The translations under genes and the position numbers were made by a program. A stretch of 63,648 bases of DNA, the filler included, from Hyphochytrium catenoides (taxonomy: Eukaryota; Protista; Hyphochytriomycota): NCBI GenBank assembly GCA_900088475.1. It is 7 parts of 7 records of this genome, joined end to end, with 100 filler letters (N's around TTAATTAATTAA, not from the genome) between each part and the next. Parts side by side here need not be neighbours in the genome. Positions count along the whole stretch, not along the records: positions 1 to 27,561 come from FLMG01002364.1; 6 more parts are not named here. One strand, 5' to 3'. Below are positions 1-14,100 of the stretch, in pieces (within the stretch, counting starts at the first letter, position 1; each line of letters opens with the position of its first letter). Below the pieces are notes generated by a model that worked only from the letters and a program-made list of their open reading frames with translations, made no database searches and was not told the DNA's origin.

Positions 1-148
1 GTACATCTTCTATCTCTTCCTCTTCCATGGCTTGCTGGTGATGCTATTGTGGGCTTACTATAAGGTCATTTTCACAGGTAAGTCTTCAACTGATGGGTAG
101 TGCTCTCTCTCTCTCTCTCTTGCTGCAGTCTCTCTCTGTATCAATCTC

Positions 149-186
<38 letters not shown>

Positions 187-1647
187 CTTACGCTCTCCTT
201 TTTCTCTCTCTCTCTCCCTTCTTTGCTAACTCTCTTTGTGACTCTCTATCTCTCTTTCCTCCAAGGTTCAGAAGTTTCATCTCTCTTGATTCTTCATATT
301 GTCTTGCTTGCTCTCTGGCTCCCTCCTGCACACTTTGGGAAGTAATTATTACTCTGGATCGCGCCGTCTTTCTTTCTCTTTCTCTCACTTCTCTGCTTTC
401 TTTCTCCTGTCAAAATCAGACGCTGGTAGAGTCACGCCAGAGGTCGTAGAGCTCATGAAAGAAGAGGGCACCTTCCCTCCCGGCCGCCAGGCTTCCTCTT
501 CTTCCATTCGCGATTCTTCCCCGGCTCTCTCCTCCGCCGCAACGGAAGACAGAGAAGAGAAGAGAACCCAACGGCGCCGCTCTCCTGCCTCTTGTCGCAA
601 GTGCGATCTTCCTAAGCCTGAGCGCGCTCATCACTGCAGTCTCTGTGATGCCTGCGTACTGAAGATGGACCATCATTGCCCCTGGGTGAGCTTAAGAAAC
701 TGTGCTGTCAGGGTCTCTCTTCCTCTCTCTCTTTTCTCTCTCTCNNNNNNNNNNNNNNNNNNNNNNNNNNNNNNNNNNNNNNNNNNNNNNNNNNNNNNNN
801 NNNNNNNNNNNNNNNNNNNNNNNNNNNNNNNNNNNNNNNNNNNNNNNNNNNNNNNCTCTGTCTCGTCTGCGTCTCTGTGACTCTGATCAGGTTGTCTAAA
901 CGCTTGTCCCTCATTTTGATTGTTTGTTGTGCTGCCTTCCGCGCGTTCATAAACGCTGTCACGGCAGGAATCTCCACTCTCTCTTCTCTTTCTTCCCTTG
1001 CCTGCTCATTGTCAATCTGCCCCTGTCTCTCTTCTGATCCTTGGTCCATGTACACTGACACTTAACCTCTCTTCCTGTTCTCTTTTCTCTTCCTGTCTCT
1101 CCTTTTTTGTTCTGTCCCTTCCCTCGATCCTTTCTCTCCTTCTCCTCTGTTTCTCTGTTCTCTCTTTGCGTGCCTCTTTTGCTAGGTGGCGAACTGTGTG
1201 GGCTTCTACAACTACAAGTTCTTTTTCCTCTTCGTGCTCTACACGTTCATGGACTGCTTGCTCGTCAGCGTGACCATGTGGGACGGCTTCCTTGCCGCGT
1301 TCTCCTTTGAAGCGCCTTTCTCCTCAACGCGCATGCCTTTCCTTGCTATCTTGGCCTATGTCTTTGCCCTTGCTTTCACCTTCAGTTTATGCTGCTTTGT
1401 CGTCATCCACTCCTATCTCATCCTGACTGGCTCAACGACAATTGAGGTGCAAATTTATGGGAGGAAGAGCCCGTACAATCTGGGCTATAAGAAGAACTGG
1501 CAGGCCGTGTTTGGCAAGAGGAGAAGGCTTTGGTTTCTCCCTGTGGCCAGCAGCATAGGGAACGGGGTGAGCTGGGGCATAGAAATGCCTGCAGACAAGA
1601 TGCGGCTAGTGCAAGGAGAGGAGGATGAGGACTTTGACCTCTTATAA
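1..1647 (+). CDS. DHHC (zDHHC) protein S-acyltransferase, 5'-partial, at least 3 exons (..77, 420-685, 1186-1647)
   Basis: Spliced translation gives FT|DAGRV...[31 protein letters not shown]|[13 protein letters not shown], the TTIE motif and [19 protein letters not shown] junctions at 78/419 and 686/1185 are in phase. Confidence 0.95.
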
Positions 1648-2283
1648 AACGGAAGCCGGGGTAAAGGCCCTATGTCCTCAATATTTGCTAGCTATTTATT
1701 CTGCGCAAGAGAAGCTTAACTCTTAGAAGGGATAGAGGATCATCCCTCTCCACGCTTCTACCTCTCTCTCTGCTGTTCCTTGTGAACCACCGCAGAGGTT
1801 GCTCTACCTTCATCACTCGAAAAGGGAGAAAGAACTTACGGAGCCAAGAATCTGTTTTCTTCCCAGCTTGAATGGAAGGAACTGCTCGCTCTGGATGAAG
1901 GCTAAAGGGGAAAGATGAAAAGGCTTTTGTTGAGACAGAGCTGAGACGGCGAGCTTAAGAGAGAGAAAGAGCCACGACCGACTCTGTTTGTCCTCTTTTC
2001 AAGAGGTCTGAGGGCAGGAGAGGTGTGATCATCAGTGCTTTAGGGAGACAAGGCGGAGGCTGTCCAGCGTGACATGAGGCTTAGCGAGAGGAGGAGGCTC
2101 AGGCAGCTTGTTAGTGCTTTCATTTATAATAGGTCTAAATAGACTCTTCTCAAAGCAATGTTCAAAAGGCAATGGGACATAATTGACCCAAAGGGGAAGA
2201 AGAGGACTGGACACCTTGGATGGTCAGTCATCGTGCATCACAGAGGATTGAGAGATGGAGGAGCGAGAAAATCAGAACAAAGC

Positions 2284-4907
2284 TCAGTTCTTGTCCTCCA
2301 AAGGGTTCGGCTTTGCCTTGCCCGCTTTCTCTTTCTCATCTTGCTCCATCTCCTGGAAGGCCCAGCACGGCGAGGTGGTGAGGACAGGTCAAGGGCAACA
2401 GAAGCGGAGGCAACTAACTGATGAACATCGACACGATAGAGATATATAGAACGAGACATGTGACGATAAAGACACGCTGAGAAGAGCGTGGGATCAAAGG
2501 AGAGAGACCGAGTAATAATGAAGAAGAGGAAAAGACCCAGTAAACAAGGAGAAAAGAGACAGAGACGAAGGGAAAAAACGGGAGAACGCTAGCAGACCAG
2601 TGTTCGAACACCCGTCGGGCTCGGCATCTTACCCGGTCCAAAAGATCCAGCACCTCTTTCATATAATCATCCGTCCCGCTCTCCTTGTACTCTAACGCCA
2701 TCTTTATCGCTGACTCAAAGACCTGCAGAAGCTTGTCAATGCTCCTCTCCTTTTGTCTTTTTCTCCCTCTCACACCAATCCCACTTCTGGCGTCTCCCTC
2801 TCTCTCTCTCGTCCTTCTTTCTCACTCTAACACGTTCTTAAGTGGCAATTCCAGAAGGCAAGTAGCTATTGGACCAACGAAGGAAGTGTTGGATAGGGGC
2901 CGGAAACGTTCCAGAAGAAGACACAAGGACTATGTATACACATACCGACACACAGACACAGAGCGAAAAAGACAAAGAGAGAGATGCGGGAGAGAGAGAG
3001 AGGGAAGATGGAGAAGATGAGGAAGAGTGAGGCATAGAATAGAGGTCGAGAGGAGAGCTATGGAAGAGTAGCGAGAGGAAAGGAGTTTAGGTCACAGCGA
3101 CCAACTATGGTCCTATGACAACGGAAAAAGAGGTCACAAAGGCAGAAGCAGCCCCAAAGACTCACTCTGACGACATTAGCACCGTCCGCTGCAGAGACGA
3201 AGAAGAAAGGTAGATTGTGCTTCTGAGGGAACTGAAAGCTCTTCTTTGTCACCTGGAAAGCGGCCATGGATTCATAGATTAAGCGTTGAAGAGAGCCAGA
3301 AGACAGCATAACAGGATAGGATTAGACCCTAGACGTCGATTAAAGGTCTGGAAAGACACAAGGAGGGAGAGCTGGAAAGAGAGAAGGGCAAAGACGTCAA
3401 GAAAGTAGAGAAGAGAAGGAAAGAGAAAAGAGGGGAAAGAGAGTATAAGGGAGTTAGATTGAAAAGAGAGGGGGAAAGAGCGATATAACAGAACGGAGAG
3501 AGAAAGACAGAGAGACATTGAGAGAAATAGTTACAGAAAAAGAGAGAGGTAAAAGGAGCACATCATTGTCCTACTTCATAGTCAACGTCTATCTTGTTTG
3601 CTATGACAAGGACTGGGATACTCTCACAGAATGACCGCAGCTCTGTATACCAGTCCGAGAGGTGCTGATACGTTGCTTTCCGGGTGACGTCGAAAACCTT
3701 AACAACGTAGAGAGAGAGATGGTAGAGAAGGCTCATAAGGGTTCTGGAAAAGAGAAGGATAGCGGAAATGAACGAGAAGAAGAGAGACGGACAGGGGAGT
3801 TGAGGAGGACCTGGCTGCGGAGAGTAAGCCTTTGTCTTGGTTGAAAGCATGATTGAAAAAGTAAGGGTCAAGGAGACCGGGCCGGGTGATCCAGAAAGCT
3901 GGTGTCACACCGGGTCGAAGAGAAAAAGGAGACAAGGTCCATTCCATACTAGGGAAGTACTGCTCAAACGCACTCACAGACAGAGAGGAAAGAGCAGTCA
4001 AAAAGATGTGGGTGCGAGGGAGAGCGAGAAAAAAGAGAGAAAGAGGGACAGCGAGAGAGAGGAGAAGAAGAAGAAGAAGGGAAGAAGAGGAAGAAAGAGA
4101 ATACAAGTAGGTAAAGGAAGAAAGAAGAGAGAGAGGAAGATAATAGGAGAGAATAACAATGGACATTACCATAATGCATGCATGGGCGCGATAGTAGTAG
4201 GAAGGGTGCATACTATTGAACCGCTCCTGACCAGCTGTGTCCCAGAAATCTAGAGGGACAAGAGGAGACAGCGAGAGAGGTAGGAGAGAGAGAGAGACAC
4301 ACAGCGAGAGAGAAAGGAAATTGTGGAGAGGATGAGGACAGAGAAGGAGCTAATGATAAGAGAGAGATGCTAGAGATATTGAGAAATTGCAGGGGTTGTA
4401 TGGATACAGGAAGTGCAAGACGGGGAGAGAGAGAGAAAGAAGGAAGATAGAGCCAATAGAGGCGATGATGCAGCTGCTCTGGGAAATCTCGTAGAGAGTT
4501 CAGAGAGGGGTTTCTCTTTTGTCTCACCAATCTTGAGCGCTCTTCCATTCTCGGTTGTATAATCCTTCCTGAAAAGTGTGAGCGCGTAGGTGGAGAGCTG
4601 TCGGGGCTGGTACTCGTTCATTAGGAACCGTTCCACTAGCTTAGATTTGCCCACCGCTGAGTCTCCAAGGAGGATGATCTAGCCAAAGCATAATGAGTTT
4701 CCGAAGAGGCAGAGCAGCTTACAGCAAGAGAAACAGAGGCGCAACAGTAGCAATAGCCAAGAAGCCATTCCTCCAATAGACAGGGTATCTGAGAGGCTAG
4801 CGTTTGAGTGAGAGTAGAGTTCAAGAATCTACCTTGAGGTCGGAAGGTCCGAGCCCTCCAGCTGCTGCCTCGCTCTCCACTCTCTCATTTTCTGCCTGGG
4901 TAGTCAT
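2284..4907 (-). CDS. RABL2: Rab-like GTPase 2 (RABL2), about 7 exons
   Basis: Exons encode IILLGDSAVGKSKLVERFLMNEYQPRQLSTYALTLF, DFWDTAGQERFNSMHPSYYYRAHACIM, VFDVTRKATYQHLSDWYTELR, ANKID and FVSAADGANVV. No C-terminal prenylation Cys (ends ...NPLEDKN*), as expected for RABL2. Confidence 0.92.
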
Positions 4908-5467
4908 CCTAGTAGGACTTAACAAGTGGCACCCGGAGATCAAAGTCCTCGCTGGAACTCACCGATTCACGAGAACGTCAGCGTTTTATATGAAGATCCG
5001 CAGTGACAAGCTCCTCATGAGAAGCTCAGGAACTGAAGATTGATGAAGATTCTCAAACGGCTTTCTCAATCACACCTCTTCGCCGTCTCATAGTGCCGCT
5101 AACCGCTACATCCTAGTAGTAGTCACTTAGTAAGCGTTGACTGATAACTTAATTATTACAGGAATCAGAGATTCTTGACCTGCGGTTTAGTTGTTGTGTT
5201 ATTGTTATGCTCCCTAGTATTTGTAAATCCCATGGCCTTCAAGTCTCGCAATGGCAATAATCTTCATCACTTTTCTCTATAAATCTTCAAAAATGGCAAT
5301 AATCTGAGAGAAATTGACATCTGTTCGCAAAGATGTCCGGCTTGAGACATCGAGTATGCTATTAGAGGCCTTGCACTGCCTAGTGAGCGTAGCTACAGAG
5401 GACTAAGGATCCTACTGGTGTCATTGCGTTATCTGTTCACGACCTCGTTCGGCCTCGTGCTTAAAGA

Positions 5468-7914
5468 ATGCAGGCGTCATCAACGACGTCTCCGCGCAAC
5501 AAGCGTCAGCCAGCTCATGGAGAAGAGCTTGGTTTCCATGGTAACTGCACAAATTCAATATTCGCTGTCTCTTGTCAGTGTCTATATGTCTTTTACTGTG
5601 TGGGCTAATCCCCAGCTATTGCAGAGATTGCGCTCACGGTAGAAGAACCCACATCATCACCGCCCCAGAGTCCCAACTCTCGAGGTAGGCTCGCCGCTAG
5701 ATCTAGCCTCGTTAACTGCAACCCTTTGAGCGCAAATTCTGTAGACACGACAGGCCTTCTGCAGGGTGAGGAAGAAGAGGCATCAAAGTCCAGGGACGAC
5801 CCTTTCCCAAGCGTTCCTCGCCTCTGTTCCTGCTTCCATATCTCTTACTATCAGCCCGTAAGTATGTGTGTAAACCGCGAGTTGCCCGACGCATGAAAGG
5901 AGCAGGAAAGAGTGAGACTGAGAGACTGGGAAATGGGGCTGCCTTCTCTCCTAGAGTCTTCTTGTTGTCCGAACTGCGCTTCAAAGCCGTCGCTGCCAGG
6001 CTTGTGTCTTATGAGGACTGTCACGCTCGTTTTTCTGACTCTTGTTCCATTCTTCGACTATGCTGTTAGAAATCTAGGCTGAGGAGCTTGGTTTTTTCGC
6101 AATCTATCGCCCCATCACTTGTCCATTGTCTCTTTCTCCTTCTGCCTCTGACCTTCCCTCACTCTCACGCTCTCTCTCTCTCTCTGTCTCTCTCTCTCTC
6201 TCACACATACACACAACACACACACAACCAAACTCACTCACTCACTCAACTTTCTGTCAGTACTTCAACATCACGACCGAGGACGTCAAGCGCCGTCTAC
6301 TGAAAACTTCTCTTCCGTTCTCTATCACTGAGGACTTCCGGCATGAGCTGCGAGACAATCCTGACCTCTGGGGACCCATCTGGATTGCAACCACACTGAT
6401 CTGGGCCATATCCGCAGCAGGGAACGTGGCTATGTATTTTGACCATAGCAAGGTTCGAATTTTTGCATACTCTTAGCTCCTTACCCCTCTTTCTCTCATT
6501 GTATGTCCTTCACCATCATGAGGACTGCATCTTTTTGGGAACATACATACAAAATAATCCTCCAAACAATTCTTGTGCTGATTGTCTCATGTCCCTGTCG
6601 GTCTCACTTTGTGTCTGACCCATTTGTTTGCATCTCTCGATCTCCTTATCCCAGCTGTCAGAAGAGGAGAGAGGACGGCTCAGATTTGAGTACGATTTTA
6701 CTCTAATTGGAACTGCAGCGGGACTTTTCTATGGCTACATCCTCCTGCTCCCTGCAGTGCTTTGGGCTATTGCAATGGCCTTTGCCTTCAAGCTGCGTCC
6801 GGCTCTCTCCATGTGCATCTACGGTTATTCTCTCCTCTCCTTTATCCCTGTCACGGTAGGGATCCCATGATACTCTATGTTGGCTTTCTTTGCCGTCTTC
6901 ATCACTTTCTCCCAGTCTTTGTTGTTCTCCGCCTTCCTGCGTCCTTCTGTTTGTTTGCCTTCTCTATGTCAAGCTCCCATACTCTTAGCCCGCATGTACA
7001 TTTTTTTCCTGTTGTGGGTGTAGCCAAAACCTTCTCTCGTTAGATTTCGCCACTCACAGTCATAGTGATGGACAGTACGTGATGCGTCCAGTGTTCCCTT
7101 CCTAAACTCTGTCTCTCTCCAGATGCTCTGCATGCTCCCCATCGGAGCTTTGGACTGGATCTTGATTATCTGTGCGGACCTGTGGGGCTTGTACTTTATT
7201 TATTCAAACCTTTGGCCCCTCGCTGCGTCCTTCATACCTGCGACAAAAAGCACACCTATCATGTGCACCGTAGGGTAGGTTGGAGACGAATAAGTGGGGT
7301 TGAGGAGAGAGAAACCTGCGTACTCCTTTGAGTACTCGAGAGAGGAGAACCCTTTGTACTTCGTTGCTCCTCTCGCTCTGTTTTTCACCCCGCGGGCTTC
7401 AACAATCAACGCTTCCTTCAATTTTGAGTGGTACTAAAGTGCTCCTAGATGCCACTATCCTTTNNNNNNNNNNNNNNNNNNNNNNNNNNNNNNNNNNNNN
7501 NNNNNNNNNNNNNNNNNNNNNNNNNNNNNNNNNNNNNNNNNNNNNNNNNNNNNNCTTCTTTTCTTTTAGGACATATGCTCTTTGTCGAGACCATTTTCAA
7601 AGACAAGAAGGGGACGAACGGCTTCCCAAGTTTACCTCTCGGCTCATCTTTGCCAATGGACCCTGTGATTGCTACACCTCCAGACTTTATCATCATCTTG
7701 TCCATGCACGCTCTTACGTCAAGACTCCCATCCTATGCACGGAAGTTTGAGGAACAAAGATGCTCTAAAAGGCGCGCGGGCGCTTCTGTTCTTAGTGGCC
7801 GCTGCTATTCTCGTCTCTTATAAAGTTTACGTCACAACACGCTGCCTTTCTTCTCCTTTTCGTTCCGGTTCATCGATAGCAATGACGTTTAAGAGTGACG
7901 ATCCCAAGCAATAA
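5468..7914 (+). CDS. Yip1-domain Golgi membrane protein (YIPF1/2-like), multi-exon; 3' end uncertain because of an N gap
   Basis: Spliced CSCFHISYYQP|YFNITTEDVKRRLL...DNPDLWGPIWIATTLIWAISAAGN, then FEYDFTLIGTAAGLFYGY...CIYGYSLLSFIP, which are typical YIPF1/2 motifs. Confidence 0.85.
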
Positions 7915-8100
7915 AGTGAGTACATTAGGCTATTGTTTGTGTGACAGAGCGCAATATAATGGTACAGAGGAGCTGCGGACCGCCTAGGGTGTCGTGCAGT
8001 CTGCATAAATAGGAGGGAAATAGAAAGAAAAGGAAGAGCAAGCGTGGCACTATTCAAACATGGGATGGAAGAGAGAGGCAGCATTCAAGAGAAAACTCTT

Positions 8101-11100
8101 TCAATCCTCCACCACCATGCCATCGCCAAACAACTTCCTGGTGGGCGCTTCCAGCAGCCTGCGCTTCTTCACATTCCAAAAGGCTTGGTTCGGGTTGTTT
8201 GCCTTACCCAGCCTAAGCCAAAGAGATAGGACAGGGTCAGATGGATGGAAGAGAGAGAGTGTGTCTACTTGCTAAGGAAGTCTTCTCTTTTCCTTACCTC
8301 TTTTGCAGCACATTCTCCCAAAGATTTACGTTGAGCTGCTTCATGGCGTTTGCCGCAGCTTTTTCTTTTCGTTGCAATTGTTCCTGTCTTCTCTTCTCCG
8401 TTTCCTCTTGTGCTTGCTTCCTCTTCAGCTTCGCGGCATACTGACGACTACGCACTTCAGCTTCCCGCACAGCCTCAGCAAAGGCATCTTCCACTCGCTG
8501 TAAAAAATTAGAGGGTGCGAACAGAGAGAGAACATCTGAGTAAGGCGATGCTGATTTAGCAGTAACTGGGTACGGAAGAGTAGATCACCTATAATCAGTA
8601 CCAATGCAGCAAGAAGAGTAGAAAGAGGACCCGTCAAGCAAGATAGGTGGGGAAGTTTCATCCATCTTACCTTCCTATAGGCAATATTACGCTGTTGATT
8701 CTCAGCTTTTCGCAGCTTCTTCCTTGTCTTATTAAGCTTCAGCTGACGCTCACGAGCTACCTTGAACTCCCTAGATGACTCTGAGAACATCTGCTTTTGC
8801 TTCTCCTTCAGCTCCTAGCATAAAAGCAGATGAGCTTGCCCCTCAGACGTATTGATCTGTCAAGAATATACCTTCTCATATTCCTCCTCTTCTTTCCTTT
8901 GTTCCGCAAGACGTTTCTCATATTCTGCCCTCCTCCTCTCTAGCTCTTCGGCTTCTCTCTTCTCGTGCTCTTCTTTCTGAATCTTTTGGAGCCTTTGCAG
9001 ATGTTCCTTCTCGACCTGGGGAGGATAGAGATCCAAACGCGAAGTTAGACAAGTAACATAAAGAGAGACCAGCCAATGAGGTCAGTGACGGCCGCCTCAA
9101 AGGCGAAAGCCTATAATGGATGGTGTTAATGCCTCACCTTCTCCATCCCTATCTTCTCTGCAATTTCGACAGTCATCTCTGCCCAAAGCTCATTGAAGAT
9201 TGACAATAGCTCTTGGGCAGACCCGTACACAGTCCTATCATTACCGCAGCCACAGCAAGGTTGGTCTAAGGAGCCAAAGCAGAATATTGGGGGCATCTGG
9301 TTAGAGCTCTCTCACAAGTGTAACAAGAGGACGATTAGACGGAGGGAACGACTACGAGAGAGAAAAGATCAATAGAACGGGAATAAGGCCACGTGGCCTC
9401 TTAGAGGTTGCGAGAGCGTTGGAACTGGAGCTTCGCTATGAAGCTTGGTCGTTAGAAGCGTAGCAGGAGGTAGGCATGTTAGAGGAATGGGGTGGTGTCC
9501 AGACTAATGACGAAAGGAAAGGTAGGAGAGACTGGGATCTACCGTATGGCCTGTAATTGGTGGTGTTTTGGCAGCTGGCCATATGCTTCTCAACGAAGGC
9601 CTTGTCCCTCACGTTGTACCGAAGCGCATTTTCAAAGGTAAGGCGGATGTCGTCTGGAGGGAAACAAGAGCCGTGTCAACCCCCAACAGACAGTGTCCAA
9701 CAGCCAGAAGGCTTAGAAAGAACTATACAACTGAGGAACCCCGGGTTTGCCTGTTCCCTCCTTCCTACTCACCCTCAAACTCTCCGTAGGTATTATACCC
9801 GCCGATGGGGTCGTCAGGATCCGCCAGCTTATCTACATTCAGCTTCTCGTTGATCGTTCGCAGGTCCATCGGGCGTTCCACCATTTGGAAATAGTCATCT
9901 AGGATCTGAGGAAAGAGTTCGGCCACTGGCTCCCTAAACGGCCCAGAGACAATCGCATACTTTTGCGATAGCAAGCTCTTCATCAGTCTAGAACACTCCT
10001 TCTGTTTGTGCTTCATGCTAGCAGGCCGCACAATGCTTTCCCTCTTTTCCCTGGTACATAGGAACATAGACAATCGCAGTTTAGAGAATGAGTGAGTTGC
10101 TTTCCACTTAGGTTCCGCGCAGAACAAAAGAATCGGAAGAAAAGAGAGCACTTGAGGCTACCTGGCGCCGCTAGAAAGAAGTATGAGACCCACTAGCGGC
10201 TTAGCATGGTTAGCTGAGGGACAGCCAGGACAACAGGACACAAACCTTTGGCAGGCGGAAGCAACTTGAAAGGACAGGGCCAAGAAGCAATAACGAGACA
10301 AAGGACGACAGACAACGGACCTGTCCGCTTTCTTCGCCTCTCGCAGAGCCTCCACCTCTTCTGGACTCCCATACTCTGGAATAGTCTCTAGGCAGATGGA
10401 GCTCCAGTACTCTAACAGATGGGTGCAGACTTCGCGGATCCTAGTGCTGAACTCGTCGTCGCCCGTATTGAACTGTATCGCGTTCTCGAGTACAAGCTTG
10501 CCGTCTGAGACGAATCTTCCCGGAAAGGTCTGATAATAGCCTTCAAAGAGATTAGTAAGAATCAATATTGCTGGGAAACGGAAGGGCTAGTTGAATTGGA
10601 TGGGGGCGGGGGATATAGGTATGGGTAGAACTGCTGTAGACAAATCCCGCCGAAAAAGCAGGAACTGAGGAGTTTGAGCCTCAGCGCAATAATGGCTATC
10701 CCATACGCTAATGATAGAGGTCGTGGAGAGAGAGAGGCCCCACAAAAAGAACTAAATGAGAGGATGGATAAGGGAAACGTGTACGCTTGAAGTACAAAGG
10801 TGATATAATCTGCGACAGAACAGAGTGGAAGAAAGTTCCGATGAGGAGAAGAAGAGGGATGGATACCTTTTTGCAGGTTGCTCATCATGGTCCCAAAGTC
10901 CATTGGCTTGCTAATCTTCGAGAGATAAGGGATCCTCAGCTCTGGATGGACCTCCAATACGGGCTTATTGAGATAGTACTTGGAAACCCACTCGTGCTTC
11001 ATAATCCGTTTCAATGCTCGCTCACAAGCGGCCTCATACTCATTATATTCCCGCCCCAAGGAGCGGATAATCTCGGATGATTGACCGGGCCGTGTCTTCT

Positions 11101-14100
11101 TCTTCGGTCCTTTGATCTGGGAAGGAGGCAAAGGGGCGACTGCCATAGGAGGCGGTGCTGGTGGAGGAAGAGACAAGGAAGTTAGGTCTCCGGGGCCTAC
11201 AGCACCTTTGCCGGGAGAACGAGGTATAGGACGCGGGACAGGTCGAGGGACGGGACCAGCGGAAAAGCTAGGCTTGGTGACAAACGAGGGAGGAGACTGA
11301 GGCTCCTCATCGCTATGTGAAGGCTCCTCTTTCACATGCGACGATACACTGTCAAATGACTCTCTCTGATATGCGTCATCATCTGACCGGGGACGCTCCC
11401 TCTTCGTAAGATGGTCCACTTCCTCATCTCCGCTATCCCTACTTCTTCTCTTCTCTTTCTTTTCCCTTTTGTGTTTTTTCTTTTTCTCCTTCTTATGCTT
11501 CTTCTTTTTCTCTTTCTTCTCTTTCTCCTCGCGGGAAGTAGACTCTGGGGGTTGTGTTGCTTCCTCCGAAGACGCTTCCAGGGCGGGTGCCACAGCAGAC
11601 TTGGACCCAAAGGCTCTTGAGAGCTGCCACCAGAAGGATTGGGCCACACGGAGAGCGATAAGGAGATAAAGGGCAGGTTAGGCGTCTTTGCAGTTGGACT
11701 GTCGCCCATAGGACAACTTACGGAGGGCGAAGTAAGAGGGAAGGCAAGAAGCAGCGTGTAAGCTGTAGACAACGATAGAGTATGTCTTGAAAAGGCAAAA
11801 GAGTAGCACTAAGCTATTACTTTGGGCCACATACCTCTCCAGCCCCACGGTCCCTGTCTTTTTCCTTCTTTGAGACCGCCGACGGCTTTTCGGCTTTATG
11901 TCCCTCGCTTGGGCCGCTGGTAGACTCCACAGAACCAGTCTCTTGGTATCTTTGCATCAACCTTTCAAAATACTCATTGAGCTTGAGCGCCATTGCGCGG
12001 ATATCAGCGCACTGGACGGGATCGGCGTTATACTTCAGACAGTTCTCCACAATTAGGTGAAGATCAGCTCTGAATTCTTCTAAGCTGCGGTATCCTCCTC
12101 CCTTCACCTTTTTCTCCATCTTCTTTAGGTCCATGGGCTCCTAGAAAGAAGTATCATTGTGCGTGATGCAAGGAACGATAGGATCAGAAGACAAGAAGAG
12201 GGTGCAGGGTAAGGGCACAGGAGATCACATGGTAACAGTCGAGGGTAGGCTGTTCTTACCGCTACTATCGAAAGGTAGTCCTTGTAAATGGTTACATCTA
12301 CTGATGTTAGGAAGGGCTGAGCTGTGTAGACCTCGATTCCACTTGGAACTGTCATTTTGTGCTTTCTCAGTCGGCTGAGAATACTGAGGCATGCCTTCCG
12401 GTCCTCCTCAGAGAGCCGGCCTGGTATGACGCTAGCTCTCTTCTTGGCCGCTGCTTTCTTTGGCTCTTCTGTCGTGGCCTTATTGCTCTTCTTCTCTGCG
12501 GCCTGCTCAATAGCCAGCTCGCTCTATTCACAAGTATATGGTCAAGTCAAAAAGAGGAAAAGAAGGATCAATAACGAGTGCTATCTCAGGAGAGAATAAG
12601 GCTTTCTTACAATCTGTGACCCGGAAGGTTGGATTTTCTCTCTCTTCTCTTTCTTGGCTGCGTACACAGTAGGGTCTATCTTAGAGCAAGTTTCATCACT
12701 TTAGGCTAAAAGCACCGGTGATGGAGCCCCTCAAGGAGAAAGGATAATGAAATAGAGGACTGAGTGACAAACAAATAAGAAGAAAGAGAGTTCGCTAAAC
12801 TTGGGGTAAACGGTCAATAAACGGATGAGTCAAACATGAGCCAAACTATGGCATAGGACCACCTCCTGCTAGAGGGCAGCTATGTGCGTCTACCGATGGC
12901 TACTGCGATAGTCGGTCTCACCTTTCGACTTAGTAGAGAGGATATTCAGACTGTTCTGGAATAGATCTTTTAGCGTCTTTGCCAAATCTGAGTAGACAGC
13001 GCCGTCCGGCTTTTTTGACCAGTAAGTGATGCAGTTATCGAACACCAAGTTCATGTCTGCCTTGAACTCTTCTACACTCTTATACCTAGAGACATAAAGA
13101 AGAAGCGATTAGGGCAGTGCAGACTAGGAAGTAAAGGTAGAGGTTACACAGAGCAGCTGGACTTGAAGAGAGAAGAAGGGAGGTGGGGACAGAGTGACTC
13201 GGTACACAAAAACGCGGGAGTCCTGATTACCTGCCCATATGAAGATTCTGCTGAACCTGCCCAATGTACATGGGTTTCTTGATCTTTGAATAGTACTTCT
13301 TGATCTCTGCGTCACTCCCATCTCCATAGTAAGTCTCGAAAGGGAAGCAAAAGATGAAGGCAGCCTGACCCTCTTCTTCACCCTTCTCTGTCTCGGCCAG
13401 GGTTCGGTGTCGCAGAATAATATCTATAACCTTTTGTGCCTCCCACCGCTCCGGGATTCCAGGGAATGAACCCCCGATTTTCTCATACTGCTTCTCAAAC
13501 TGTGCGAGCAGCGAAAGAGCGTAATCCCTTATATTTCCTGCAGAAGAGGACGAAGTAAAGAGAGGTACATTACTTCCACTGACTGACAAATCTTGAGAAC
13601 AGGACTGAAGAAGAAAGTGAATCACCCTCATTGTTGGTGGAGAGCACAAGGAAAGACTGAAGAAGACAGGCTTAGAGAAGGAGACAGAGGGACATCGCGA
13701 CGGGCACACGTTTTTCTCTCTCTCTCTTCTCTCTCTCTCTCGTGTCTCTCTCGCCCTCCCTCTCTCTCTGCTTACCTAGGGTAGGGTCACAGTTATATTC
13801 CAAGCAGTTCGCAAAGATCTGTCGGACATCATCGGCAAAGTCGTCCCTAGAAGAATAGAGCCCCTTTCTCAGCTTTCTCTTCACCGTTTTCAGGTCGATG
13901 GGACGCTTGATCTTCTTGGGATAGTCCTGGTAGATGGTGATGTCCACAGGGGCCATGAAAGAGGCCGCTGCAAACTCCCTTCCTACTTTGTGCTTCTCCA
14001 GCTTGTTGATAATATCTGTGCAAGCGTCGATTGTGGCCTTATCCATTTTTCCGCTGGCACCTCCCGAAGGCGGCCGTTGCTCTTTCACTGCTGTCTGACC

